A DNA stretch of 63,477 bases, filler included, from Octopus bimaculoides (taxonomy: Eukaryota): the NCBI RefSeq assembly GCF_001194135.2. It is 8 parts of 7 records of this genome, joined end to end, with 100 filler letters (N's around TTAATTAATTAA, not from the genome) between each part and the next. Parts side by side here need not be neighbours in the genome. Positions count along the whole stretch, not along the records: positions 1 to 21,502 come from NC_068981.1; positions 21,603 to 23,860 come from NC_068987.1; positions 23,961 to 45,230 come from NC_068988.1; 5 more parts are not named here. The stretch is one strand, 5' to 3'. The notes beneath the pieces were generated by a model that was not told where the DNA came from, did not search any database, and was given only the letters and a program-made list of their open reading frames with translations. Each line of letters starts with the position of its first letter. Position 1 is the stretch's first letter. A program made the position numbers and the translations under genes. Positions 12,866 to 25,640 of the stretch are shown here, in pieces.

Positions 12866-15800
12866 TATGCCTCATAAATTATTTCAGACACTTCAATAAC
12901 CTTGTTTGATCAACCACATTATTCTAAATAATTCATTTCACATTCTCACAATATTAACGTAAAATGCCAAATGCCTCGTTGGACTTTTGCACCATCAGCA
13001 AAATAGTTTACATTTTTAAGGATGAACCAGTTGACATGTAACGTGCAGGAATTTTATATTTTCATTTTTCTTAGTATTTACTGATCTTACATTGAAGCTA
13101 AATTTCTCAATGTCATCTTTTAGTATGTATACACTTTTCTTAATCATAATGTTTTTCTCAAACTTTCATAGTTTCAAATTAAAGAATTAATACACATATG
13201 TATTAGTATTGATGATGGGGATTTGCCATCCCTAGATACATAACCATTTGTCTGACATGCTTTCAGATTAATACAAAATCAATCATATCTAAAAATTACC
13301 ATTTAATTTGTCTAAGGTAGTTATTGTTTGTTACTTTCTGATAACTAAATTCATCATTACACTCTGCATTCCAAAACAATGTATTCTAAAATTGTTATCA
13401 AGTACAAAAAAGAAAAAAAGAAAAGGGGAAAAAATCTAACAATCTGATATATTTTTGAATTAACAATATATTGATATTTACAAACCACACATCTATATAA
13501 ATAGAAAGATACTACCAACTATTGCAATAATTGCATTTTATTAATTGGGGCAGTTACAAAGTGGAATATATATCATAGTGGAACACTTTTGGTGAGGGTG
13601 TGCTCTTGTTAGAAGTTTATAATGATTTCTCAAGCAATGATGAATAAATGACCTTAACTACTTCTACATAAGTTCCCAGAGCACAGTTTTGTAATTTTGA
13701 AGGTGTTTACATTTGGGCTTCCCACCTTACATTCTCATGATTAACAACTAATTACAATGGAAATAAAATGTTTCTCAAAGAAAAGTATATGACAATCTAA
13801 AATGCAAAAGATGCATTAACAAAATTAACAGCTTTTACATTGTATTAGATAACCTTTTTCCATGTTTACAATTAGTCTTTCCTATATTTATATAATTGTA
13901 AAGTACTTATGTTTATATAAGTGTGGGAAGAATTAATTGAAAATAGGACAAACTTTAGCATAATATTTGACAACAGATTTATGCAACATTCTTAAAACAA
14001 GATTTTCCAGAAATATATCTTAGCCTATCAGGTTTCACTAGAATTGCAGTTTTAGAATTTCAAATGAATTGATATGTTTGGTCATTTTATTTATTTATTT
14101 ATTTTAGTTATAAACTAAATTCTATACAATTTATATGACTAGAAAGATTCAATATAATAACCAGTTTCTTAAGCTACTCTATCTTAATAATTGTATGAAA
14201 TTAAAAATTACCTTCAGCAATTTCTAAGTTGTATTCTACAGAATTCAAAATAAAGCCATTAAAAACAGAAAGAGTAATCTTATTTTTAAAGTTTAAAAAA
14301 AAAAAAAAAAAAAAAATTCTTGATGTGAGAAACTAGAAACTAAAGTTGTTGCCCCAATTATTAACTGTGTATCACAGATACCTTGCAGTCATTAATAGCA
14401 TCCAAAAATGTTTAAGCATATTTATGTAGTTACAGAATCTACTCGTTTATTTAAACATATATATTTACTGCCCTCATGTTATTGAAATACTGAAATCACA
14501 ATGGAGCTAGAGCTTTTTTTTTTTTTTGCTGTTTCATAAGTTTTATATCTAAACTCCTGATCTCTTCATTGTTAGCTAATTTAGTTGGCTAGATATTCAG
14601 TTATCTTGTTTTTCTTGTTCTTGTGTTTAATGTAAACATTTCAATCATTTTCTTCCAGTATACCTGTTCACTATGTCTGGTGAAGTTGCCATAGCCCTTG
14701 TAAAGAATACATTGTAAAATGGCTGGATAACATAAAACCAGACAAAAATGGTTACCATTTCAGAGATACAGCCAGGATACATAAAACAGCCAGTGTATAG
14801 CTTGTTATTAATTATATTTGGAAGTCAAGAATTCCAAATAACATATGTGACAAAGTTGTTCTTAAAAAAAAAAATTATTTTACTAAATCTGAGGGTGTAC
14901 CATTGAAAAGTAGTTGGTTGTGATTACTTCAAAATTCCAGTACTTTTACAAATGTCATACAACTCAATAATTTTTCTTGTGTACCCCAAGGAAATTCACA
15001 CACCTCAGTTTGAGAACTTCTGATGTAATGGCTATGCATCTCTACTTTCCAAGTTAATGCAGTATTAATTTAATCTTTCCTAATAATTCTCCCCAGTAAG
15101 CATCCAGTTTCAAAATAATTTTCTTCAATTAATTTGTCATTGGTAGACTCATTTCACTAAGTAAGACAATCAACCAGAGACATTATTATAAATCATCAAA
15201 TCCTCAAGATATTCTAATTTTCAAATACTTCTTTGCAACAAGTAATGAGCTCTGCATTCAAGTTTATTGCACAAATAAAATTTGCATATGATTTATTACA
15301 TTATCTTATGAAGAAACAGTCTGTGCACCAGAAAATATATTAGCTTCTTCAGCAATAATGAAAAAAAAAAAAAGCATCTAGCATTTGATTATTCATGCAG
15401 CATTTTGCCATGCATGTCATCTGTAAGTTTTAGCAGTTAGGTTAGAGTTAACACCTTGTTTAAGGCAGTCAGCATAAAAAATCTAGTTAGAAGTAAATTT
15501 GCAGTGAGGAAGAAAACATCAGCTCAAGGAGTAATATGACTTTTATCATTTCCACAAGTACAAAAGACAACTCCTGATACGTATCAGTTTTATTAGAGCT
15601 CTTCAGTTAAGCATACACTACATCATATTTGGTCAAAGAGGTATGAGAGAATCACTAAGCAGATATACAATATGATACCTTTAATTAGAGACACTGTTAT
15701 TATCAGGTGTGAAAAATTAGCATACTTGAGTAATTAACTGCAGTTATTTGCTTTTTTCCCCAATTATGCTAATGTATTATACCTTACAATGAAGTACATC

Positions 15801-15939
15801 AACTTCATAATTTTCTCTCATCACTACTTCAGCAAGTATGGTAAAAAGTCTATGCTTCACTGAGGGAATCAGATAAGACTGACACAAATCTGGAGTTATC
15901 TCTCATACTAAAATGCTTAAAAAATTCTTAGTTACTGAG

Positions 15940-16155
15940 TTAACTCTTTAGCATTCAGATTACTCTGTCAAATGTAATGCTTTCTCATTCATACTGTTTT
16001 CAATTAATCATGCATTATATTGTAGCTTTGAAATTTTGATAATGTGATTATATATTTCTAGAATGGCATTGAAGGGTATGTATGGTAGGCTAGATCTGGC
16101 TGGTTAGATCATAAAACAAGTAGCATATTTGGGCTGGATATGACTGGTTTAATGT
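15940..16155 (+). mobile_element. piggyBac-like (TTAA) MITE, right end truncated
   Basis: Starts TTAA-ctctttagcatt and is interrupted at about 16155 by an RTE tail. Confidence 0.45.
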
Positions 16156-16340
16156 CATCATCATCATCATTTAACACCTGCTTTTCATACTGGCATGGGT
16201 TGGATGGTTTGACAGGAACTGGCAAGCTAGAGGACTGTCAGCTTGGCTCTACTGTCCGCTTTGGCATGGTTTCTATGGCTGGATACCTTTTCTAATGCCT
16301 ATTACTTTACAGAGTATACTGTGCACTTTTTATGTGCATA
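16156..16340 (-). mobile_element. RTE-tailed repeat, 3' fragment
   Basis: catcatcatcatttaacacctgcttttcatactggcatgggttggatgg is the reverse complement of the RTE tail. Confidence 0.7.
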
Positions 16341-16394
16341 ATAAATGCAGTCAAAACACCACTACTCAGTTTAACCTCATTATTATAAATATCT

Positions 16395-16712
16395 TCATCA
16401 TCGTTCATCATTTTGACAACCACTTCTCTATGCTTCTATGAGTCAGATGATACCTATGGAAGCGGACCTTTCATGGCGGGATACCCTTCCAGTCACCAAC
16501 ACTCACTTCCAAGTAAGGTAAAGCTTCTGCATAGCCAGTCATGTCCTTATAGAAAATTGGAAATGAAGGGTATCACTTGCTCATCCCCAACCACCATGTG
16601 ATATCAAGACAAAGAGAAACAAACACACACACACACATATATGACAGGTTTCCTTTAGCCTCCATCCACAAAACCCTGGCTATCCTGGGGCTATAGCAGA
16701 AGTCATCTGAAC
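16395..16712 (-). mobile_element. Degenerate SINE with an RTE-like 3' tail
   Basis: Reverse-complement similarity to the plus-strand copy at 55230-55640 (body, (TG)n and tail). Confidence 0.55.
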
Positions 16713-18353
16713 TATTATAATACATGTTTGTGATTGTCTGTGTATGTGTGTAGTACTCAGGATTGACTAAATTACAGCCAACATCAGTGACAGATAGACA
16801 ATCAGGCAATGACAGATATTTTGATTAATAAAAGGGAAGTGTGCATGTGTGGTGTGAGAGTGAGTGAGTGAGAGAAAGAGATGCGGTATAAAGCAGTGAG
16901 AAACAGCTGCAGGGATAGTGAACTTCACCAAATAATAATTTCTAATTATATTTTTGATGCACTCTACATTAAATATGTGAACAATAAAATTTTGCTTTTC
17001 ATATGGATGACATCTCTAAAAAATTAACCTGGGTGATATATTTTTTAAAATTAGTCTTCTAAGTGGTGATTTAGTTAAATCATTCTATTAAGTCTTCACT
17101 TCTCTCACCACTGATTTGTGTAAATGTTATAAACACATAAAATTTCACTCAGCATTAAGAAGAGTACAGTCATCTCTTCTTTAATGTGGTTAACATTTTT
17201 GGTACTCTGTCACATTTTTAGTTTGCTACTGCTCAGTAAAAGAGAAACAACCTTCCTCCTGATATTTTCAATATCTTGGCAAGCATACCACAAACTTGCA
17301 TCTATATCAAATTTGCCTTAACTATGTTGCTTATCATATCTTGTCTAATCTCAACAGCTGGTTCCTTTCTTGGTTCCATGGGGAATATAATCTCTTTAGC
17401 CCACATATAATATATAACATCTCAGAGTAACATTTTCTTTTCAGTTACTAAAAACAAGGACACTCAAATAATCTTAAACATACCTATGAAGGAACAAAAT
17501 AAAAAAGTGTTCTATGTATTTAGTTACTGGATATTGTTATTTAAATTTTCCACTTAACAACAAACAGAAATGTTCTTTGAATTTTAGACCATCTTATTCA
17601 ACACAGAGGGAAAAGATAGCAGCTACACAAACATTAGAGAGGTTGGCAGTACACATTCTGTTATGCCTCTAAGTGAGAGACTTAACCCATTACAGTTGAG
17701 TCCACCTAACTTAAGTACTGTAGGTAATGTAAAGTCACTGTTAAAGATAGCGGCAGCATCATGGAATTGCTAAAAGGTTCATCAGTAGCAGTGATAATCC
17801 AAATTAGAAAATTTACCTATGATAGATTTTACCTATGATAAAATTTACATATAAGAAAATTTACCTATGATAGACCAGTTTCCTATTCAAGACAAACAGT
17901 CAGAAAGGCATGGATATTTCAGTAAATAGATTAATATCTCAGAAGCACATATTAATAAACCAAGCAGACAGAGGTTTGTTTAGAGAGAGACACACATGGC
18001 AGGTAGATGCCAGGTATGAGTGAGATGTAGATAACAGTTGATTACTATAAATAGTATATGTTAAAACAACCATCAATGGTTGTTATAAAATTTAACTTCA
18101 TAATCTTAACTGGTAATTAATTATAAAAATACAAGGTATTCCTTTATAGATTATTTTTATTGTATACACAAGATTTTTGCAATATTATTAGATTGCTTGT
18201 GTTAACAGTATATTTCCTAATTGTGTTTACATTTTTTAGAAAATAAAACACTAAGATCTCCAATACTTTTAGGATAAAGAGTGGTGTAAGAAAAGTGAGG
18301 ATTGAATGTACAAATGGGGGAAAAAAAAAATAGAAAGGAAATTTAAAACTTAC

Positions 18354-18418
18354 TTTGACCTAATGTAAAAGGAAGTACTATTAGAAGAACCAGAAGCCAG
18401 GGTTGCCAGAACAACATC
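18354..18418 (-). CDS. First coding exon of a minus-strand gene; signal peptide MLFWQPWLLVLLIVLPFTLG-Q (secreted or membrane protein)
   Basis: Strong acceptor (tattttttatttcttttctAG, AG at 18420-18419), 65-nt exon with ATG at 18417, perfect donor GTAAGT at 18353-18348, phase-1 end. Hydrophobic core with a T-x-G cleavage-like site. An alternative frame (DVVLATLASGSSNSTSFYIRS) is also open. Confidence 0.65.
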
Positions 18419-19139
18419 CTAGAAAAGAAATAAAAAAATACAGTTATGATCTTCCTGAAATAAAGTATTAAATTATCAATCATAATCTAAAAGCAAATGG
18501 AAAAACCTATGGAGAAACTGGAGGTTTTACTTTAATTCTCTTATATAATTATAGAATCATTAGTAAGTCATAACTGACTTTAAACCTATGATAAAAACTG
18601 ATTTAACATTTTATTACTGATTAAAACAATAACTAAAATCAAACAAGGCAATTGTAAATATTACATATACTGTAATATGATTGTTCACAACTTTATAATG
18701 TAATGTTCTCAGTGATTGCAAAGCACAGAAAGAAACAAATCTATAATAAATTTATAAACTGGTTTTATTACTTTAATAACAAGATAATGATCATGAGAAA
18801 AAATAAAAAGGTACGCAAGTCCGATGAATAAATTAGCTAGTTAAGACTTAATATCACAGAAGTATTGATGTTGATAATTGCTAAGGTTAAATTATTGGCC
18901 TAAATTTAGTTTATCAGAAGAAAATCTATGAACATATGGTTATTTAAGTATGTATTAACCTATTTATGTGACTTTCCTTTTCCATTCCTCAAATTAAAAA
19001 AGACAAGTGCCAACAATATTTTTAAAGATGTGACACTCCTTTCGAACCATACTTCACTTTAATCAGTTCATAAGCAAAATGATAAAAAGTGGATGTCTTT
19101 AGCTTAATATTGTGAGGATTCTAGCAGCTGTTTGCATCT

Positions 19140-19655
19140 TCTAAAAGCTGTTGAGGCAAGTGAAATCAAAAATCGAACTAAATTCGACGACTGGCCCCCA
19201 TGCCAACGTCTCCTGCATTGGACACTAAACTCGGCTTGCGAAGACCTGTTGGGGCAAGCGAAAGCGAAATCGTGATGGCACCACCGTTCGAGTGTGGTCG
19301 TTACCAGCGTCGCCTTCCTGGCACTTGTGCCGGTGGCACGTGAAAAGTCATTTGAGCAAGATCGTTGCCAGTGCCGCTGGACTGGCTCCTGTGCAGGTGG
19401 CACATAAAATACACCATTTTGAGCGTGACTGTTGCCAGTACTGCCTGACTGGCCTTCGTACCGGTGGCACGTAAAAGCACCCACTACACTCTCGGAATGG
19501 TTGGCGTTAGGAAGGGCATCCATCCAGCTGTAGAAACTCTACCAAATCAGATTGGAGCCTGGTGCAGCCATCTGGTTCGCCAGTCCTCAGTCAAATCGTC
19601 CAACCCATGCTAGCATGGAAAGCGGACATTAAACAATGATGATGATGATGATGAT
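19140..19655 (+). mobile_element. Young 5'-truncated RTE 3' UTR copy with hairpin array and (GAT)n tail
   Basis: Same tail as 3460-3621; array units start at about 19275, 19330, 19394 and 19461; CpGs are retained, unlike in the flanks. Confidence 0.88.
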
Positions 19656-19670
19656 ATATATATATGTATA

Positions 19671-21060
19671 CTAGCTGTATAGCCCAACTTTGCTCGGGAT
19701 TAAGTTAGAATTATTAAGATAACCAAGCTCTTTATTTCAAACCAAACTAAGTAACATCAACGTCAAATTTGAGTGAAATCTGTTGAAATTGGTAAACTTT
19801 TGGCTGAAAATGAGTTGCAGACAATTTCATTGGGAAATCCCATAAGGAACTGGTTTATAGATTGTTTTCCACTCATCGATTGCTTTTTTTTTTCTTTCGT
19901 TTTTGGAGAACTTAAAGCATTCTAAGATACCATGAGTCTTAAGTAATGTTTGAACAAAATACATCAAAATTGGTAAAAGTTATGGTTGAAAATGGGGTCT
20001 GGCCAATTTTAGTGGGAAATCCTATAAGGAATTGGTTTGTCGATTTTTAAAATTCTGATTAAATGGAAAACTCCATAAGGAATCAGTTTATTGATTTTTC
20101 ACCCCAAATAGGACTTAACCGAACACAACATTGGTGATTCAAAAACATCTATATTTATACTTCAAAGTAGGTTTTCCCACCCAACCCAATTCTGCAGAAT
20201 CAGTGTCACGATGGGAGCGCATGGGTTGGGAGTTTGGTCGGCAGAGGTGATCAGCTTGCACATGCCAGCCCTTTAGAAAACACCAACCCCATTATCTAAA
20301 CCACCTTGGCCCATGGGTTGGGAACCCTTCCAGCAAGGAAAACAGAACGCCCAAAAAGGCTCACAATCCTCTGTGTCAGAAGAGGTTATGTTTGGATCAC
20401 AACAAAGTCTTAAGTATATATATATATATATATATATATATGGGCAAAGCACACACACACACGTACGTACATCTATTGCATACATGTTCGTGTGTGTGTG
20501 TGTGTTCGATGGGGTGTGCAACACAGAAAGTGTAGTGTGTATGAGAAGTTGTTTTGTTAGTGTGTGTAAAGAGAGAAAGAGAGAGTGACAGATAAAAGTT
20601 TTTTTTTAAATTCGTCATTTTAGCGTGTGATTGACAGACAAAAAGAGAGAGAGGGGTTGTTATGTATGTATTTATGTGTAAATGGCATCAGTCACACATA
20701 CACACACATGAACATGTATGCATACAAAAAACATGTATGCAATAGGTGTACGTATGTATGTGTATTGCCCCATATCGACAAAACACTTTTCCCCTCGATG
20801 GAAAAAAAACACAAATGTCTTAACAGAAACGTACCTGTCACTCGAAGGGCACTTAACTCATGTTTGCAAACAATGGTGGATTTCTTCGCCAGGAAAATTG
20901 TTAAGTTATGGTTGAAAAATTATTTTTACCACTATTTGCTGGTGCCTCGAGGAAAAATAATTTGATGAAAATACAGCTGGGGTCGTGATGAATGTCCTCT
21001 TAAAATTGGAGTGACATGCGTGCTAATTTCTGGACATGCATAAATTACATTCACATACAT
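19671..21060 (-). mobile_element. Non-autonomous Helitron-like element
   Basis: The minus-strand 3' end reads cccgagcaaagttggg (hairpin, 19698-19683), then CTAG|T at 19674-19670. Internal repeats include ..gttatggttgaaaa (about 19970 and 20900, variant about 19790) and gggaaatcc.ataaggaa. The 5' end is not defined. Confidence 0.6.
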
Positions 21061-21130
21061 ATACACACACATGCTGACTTTTATATAAATACAGATATAT
21101 ATATGTATATATATACATGAGTATATATAC

Positions 21131-21161
<31 letters not shown>

Positions 21162-21502
21162 CATATATACATGAGTATATATACATATATATATATACAC
21201 ACACATATGTATATATACATATATACATATGTATATATGTATATACACATATGAATATATGTATATATACATATGAATATATGCATATGCATATATACAT
21301 GTATATATACATATGCATATATACATATGTATATATGGATATGCATATATACATACGTATATATACATGCATATATATGTATATATACATATGCATATAT
21401 ACATATCTATATGTACATATGTATATATATATACATGTATATATATATATGTATATATACATATGTATATATACATATGCATATATATATATATATGTAT
21501 AT
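21060..21502. repeat. Complex (TA)/(TACA)/(TATG) microsatellite running into a gap
   Basis: Directly visible. Confidence 0.95.
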
Positions 21503-21854
21503 NNNNNNNNNNNNNNNNNNNNNNNNNNNNNNNNNNNNNNNNNNNNTTAATTAATTAANNNNNNNNNNNNNNNNNNNNNNNNNNNNNNNNNNNNNNNNNN
21601 NNAAGTTCTTTCGCCTCTGGCATTAGAGGCGGGAAATCGGCCTTGTTGTATTCCATAGCCATATTCGTTTTACAGAATGTGGCTAGGAACGAGGAAGATG
21701 TTTTTGAATTTTTGGAAATAAGGCTCTAAATAGAGCTATTTCCGATTTGAAAAATATATATTCACGAAGTATTTTGTGTTATACACAACTTATACAAAAT
21801 TTAAAAACAAAACAGGTCTTTTAAGAGGTGAAAAATGCAACTTACATGGGAGCC

Positions 21855-21910
<56 letters not shown>

Positions 21911-21912
21911 TA

Positions 21913-22078
21913 CACGGCAGGCTTCTTTCGGTTTCTGACTACTAAATCCACTCATACGGCTTTGGTCAGCCCGAGGCTAGAGTAGATAACACTTGCCGAA
22001 GGTGCCACGCAGTGGGACTGAACCCGGAACCACGTGGTTGAGAAGCAAGCTGTCTACCACACAGCCACGACTGTGCCA
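21913..22078 (-). mobile_element. Head of the abundant tRNA-derived SINE; further copies at 23993-24130 (-), 24808-24939 (+), 25755-25910 (-), 31805-32230 (+), 57775-57890 (-) and 58520-58942 (-)
   Basis: All share the reverse complement of ggctgtgtggtaag..gcttgct..caaccac.tggttccgggttcagtcccactgcgtggcacc (tRNA-like head) and the aaatccactcacaaggc body. Confidence 0.85.
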
Positions 22079-23219
22079 ATATGTATGTATGTAACAATAT
22101 GGGCGCATAAGTATGCGCGCGATGGCACGAGTTACTGTGTCTGTGGCCCAGTTGATAATGTATGTGACTATAGCCGACAGCTTTGGCAGAAAGAATTTCT
22201 AGACTGTAGTAGCCATCCATTTTCTGAAATGGAATGAAGCCATCTAACCGTACAGGTTTAACGCTCTTCACAATATAAGAGCCTACGCTAAAGCGATTAA
22301 TGTTTTCCTTTCTTTCTCCCTTACTTCGCCCTCTCTCCCTCTTTGTCTCTTTCTTTCTCTCTCTCTCCCTATCTTTGTGTACATATATACACACACATCT
22401 ATATATATATNNNNNNNNNNNNNNNNNNNNNNNNNNNNNNNNNNNNNNNNNNNNNNNNNNNNNNNNNNNNNNNNNNNNNNNNNNNNNNNNNNNNNNNNNN
22501 NNNNNNNNNNNNNNNNNNNNNNNNNNNNNNNNNNNNNNNNNNNNNNNNNNNNNNNNNNNNNNNNNNNNNNNNNNNNNNNNNNNNNNNNNNNNNNNNNNNN
22601 NNNNNNNNNNNNNNNNNNNNNNNNNNNNNNNNNNNNNNNNNNNNNNNNNNNNNNNNNNNNNNNNNNNNNNNNNNNNNNNNNNNNNNNNNNNNNNNNNNNN
22701 NNNNNNNNNNNNNNNNNNNNNNNNNNNNNNNNNNNNNNNNNNNNNNNNNNNNNNNNNNNNNNNNNNNNNNNNNNNNNNNNNNNNNNNNNNNNNNNNNNNN
22801 NNNNNNNNNNNNNNNNNNNNNNNNNNNNNNNNNNNNNNNNNNNNNNNNNNNNNNNNNNNNNNNNNNNNNNNNNNNNNNNNNNNNNNNNNNNNNNNNNNNN
22901 NNNNNNNNNNNNNNNNNNNNNNNNNNNNNNNNNNNNNNNNNNNNNNNNNNNNNNNNNNNNNNNNNNNNNNNNNNNNNNNNNNNNNNNNNNNNNNNNNNNN
23001 NNNNNNNNNNNNNNNNNNNNNNNNNNNNNNNNNNNNNNNNNNNNNNNNNNNNNNNNNNNNNNNNNNNNNNNNNNNNNNNNNNNNNNNNNNNNNNNNNNNN
23101 NNNNNNNNNNNNNNNNNNNNNNNNNNNNNNNNNNNNNNNNNNNNNNNNNNNNNNNNNNNNNNNNNNNNNNNNNNNNNNNNNNNNNNNNNNNNNNNNNNNN
23201 NNNNNNNNNNNNNNNNNNN

Positions 23220-23253
<34 letters not shown>

Positions 23254-23528
23254 TACAAATATATATTATATATACACATATGTATATAATATCTATAATA
23301 TAAATTGAACATGGGCGACCGTTGTATTCTTTCTTGTCTCGAGGTTCACGGCCAAACAGCTGGGTGGATTCGTGTGAAAAATGGCACACATGTGGAGACA
23401 GGTGCATAGATTGGAAGGCGCTTTGTATTTTTTCCTAGCCCCCATAGTTACCGAGAAACTCCATTAAAACAACTTGCGTGCGTGCGTGTATGTGAGTGTG
23501 TCACTGAAGCTATACATACATACATAAT

Positions 23529-23564
<36 letters not shown>

Positions 23565-24393
23565 TTTTCTCTGTCAATAACTCACACATTCACTCACTAC
23601 AAAAACTGAATAAAAAATTTCAGTTATCTCTCTCTCTTTATTTCTTTTTCTCTGTCTCATATACACACACCATCAACATTACTCTATCTGTCTCGCACAC
23701 CCCATCAAACATACACACACACACACACAGACATACGCATGCACATCAATTCTTCCGTCTCACGCCAACTTCAAAAGAAGTTCAGTCATAAAACTGTCCT
23801 TGTCTCTTTTCATTTGACGCCCACTTCAAAAGATCCCCTTCCCCCAAAACACATATTAAANNNNNNNNNNNNNNNNNNNNNNNNNNNNNNNNNNNNNNNN
23901 NNNNTTAATTAATTAANNNNNNNNNNNNNNNNNNNNNNNNNNNNNNNNNNNNNNNNNNNNTAGGCATCTATGTATATATATATATATATATGACCAAATC
24001 CACTCACAAGGTTTCGGTCGGCCCGAGGCTATAGTAGAAGTCACTTGCCCAAGGTGCCACGCAGTGAGACTGAACACGGAACCATGTGGTTGAGAAGCAA
24101 GCTCCTTACCACTCAGCCACACCTGCGCCTATAATTATATATATATATATATTCTCAAACATACACAAACATTCTTTTTGTTTTTTCTTAGCTTGTCTTG
24201 GCCAATGATGATGGCCATGTTACAGTACCGCCTTTGGTTAATGCCTATTTTTCTGTTATTCGTTGTTTCCCCTGCCGTACTTCTTGGCGTCCAATTCTGT
24301 GTTGCTTTTTATGCTTAGCATAGCTAATTGTCAGATCGATGTATTTTGCATTCCTTCCACATCATTAAGGAACTGATATTAGTGTCAGTATCA

Positions 24394-24444
<51 letters not shown>

Positions 24445-25444
24445 TGTTTCTGTGTGTGCGAGCGCGTATGTGTGTGAGTGTGTGTGACGTGCATATTCTG
24501 ACCAAATTTGAAAGCCACGTGTTTGGTAAAGTTAATATATGTCGCTGTAAGTGCTGGTGTGTAGTAACGTGCTGTGGTTGAGTCTTTTGTCTAATCAATA
24601 TTTGTTTAGGTGTTCGTGTAGTGTTTATAAATCAGTAGCTGGTTGAATTCAAGTTATATAATATTAAGATGTGATTGAATATGTGCATGATTTCGGTAAT
24701 GTTGTGTTTCTGTGTTTCTGTTTGTGTTATGTAGAAGTATATGATACTGCTGTACGGTGCTAAAGTGATATATTGTATTAGTTTTTATATTATTTGTTAT
24801 TTGTTTTGGCGCAGTTATAAGCTGTGTAATAGGAAGTGCACTTCACGTCCACATGACTTTTGGTTCAGTCCCACCGCATGATGGCGTGGGGCAGTTTTCT
24901 CTCCTATAGCCTCGACACAACCAAAGCCTTGAGAGTGGATATATATATATATNNNNNNNNNNNNNNNNNNNNNNNNNNNNNNNNNNNNNNNNNNNNNNNN
25001 NNNNNNNNNNNNNNNNNNNNNNNNNNNNNNNNNNNNNNNNNNNNNNNNNNNNNNNNNNNNNNNNNNNNNNNNNNNNNNNNNNNNNNNNNNNNNNNNNNNN
25101 NNNNNNNNNNNNNNNNNNNNNNNNNNNNNNNNNNNNNNNNNNNNNNNNNNNNNNNNNNNNNNNNNNNNNNNNNNNNNNNNNNNNNNNNNNNNNNNNNNNN
25201 NNNNNNNNNNNNNNNNNNNNNNNNNNNNNNNNNNNNNNNNNNNNNNNNNNNNNNNNNNNNNNNNNNNNNNNNNNNNNNNNNNNNNNNNNNNNNNNNNNNN
25301 NNNNNNNNNNNNNNNNNNNNNNNNNNNNNNNNNNNNNNNNNNNNNNNNNNNNNNNNNNNNNNNNNNNNNNNNNNNNNNNNNNNNNNNNNNNNNNNNNNNN
25401 NNNNNNNNNNNNNNNNNNNNNNNNNNNNNNNNNNNNNNNNNNNN

Positions 25445-25484
<40 letters not shown>

Positions 25485-25504
25485 AGATTGCTAGCCACTA
25501 CACT

Positions 25505-25640
25505 TTCGTTATTTTCTCTCCTTGTTTCTTTCTGTGTTCCTTTCTGTGGAAGAGCGTAGGCTCGAAACGTTAAATACTTTTTCAGTTCCCCAGCGTTAAA
25601 CTAATACATCTGTTTGTTTACTACACCACCTTTCCGTTAC
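25505..25640 (+). repeat. Short Penelope-type terminal repeat with a degenerate hammerhead-like core; second copy at 37855-37995 (-)
   Basis: Both copies share gaagagcgt.ggctcgaaacgt..a and agcgt.aaactaatac. Confidence 0.6.

Noticed and set aside
21547-21558. TTAATTAATTAA flanked by N-runs, recurring at 23905, 45275, 52928, 57965, 59663 and 61342
   Set aside because: An identical 12-mer with stops in all frames, always between N blocks: an assembly or scaffolding linker, not biology.
21966-23407. Long ORFs of 300-450 aa spanning N-gaps (also at 24.8-25.5, 27.9-28.4, 33.8-34.9, 35.8-36.4, 47.4-48.2 and 54.2-54.8 kb)
   Set aside because: Open only because N codons and (TA)/(CA) repeats contain no stops.
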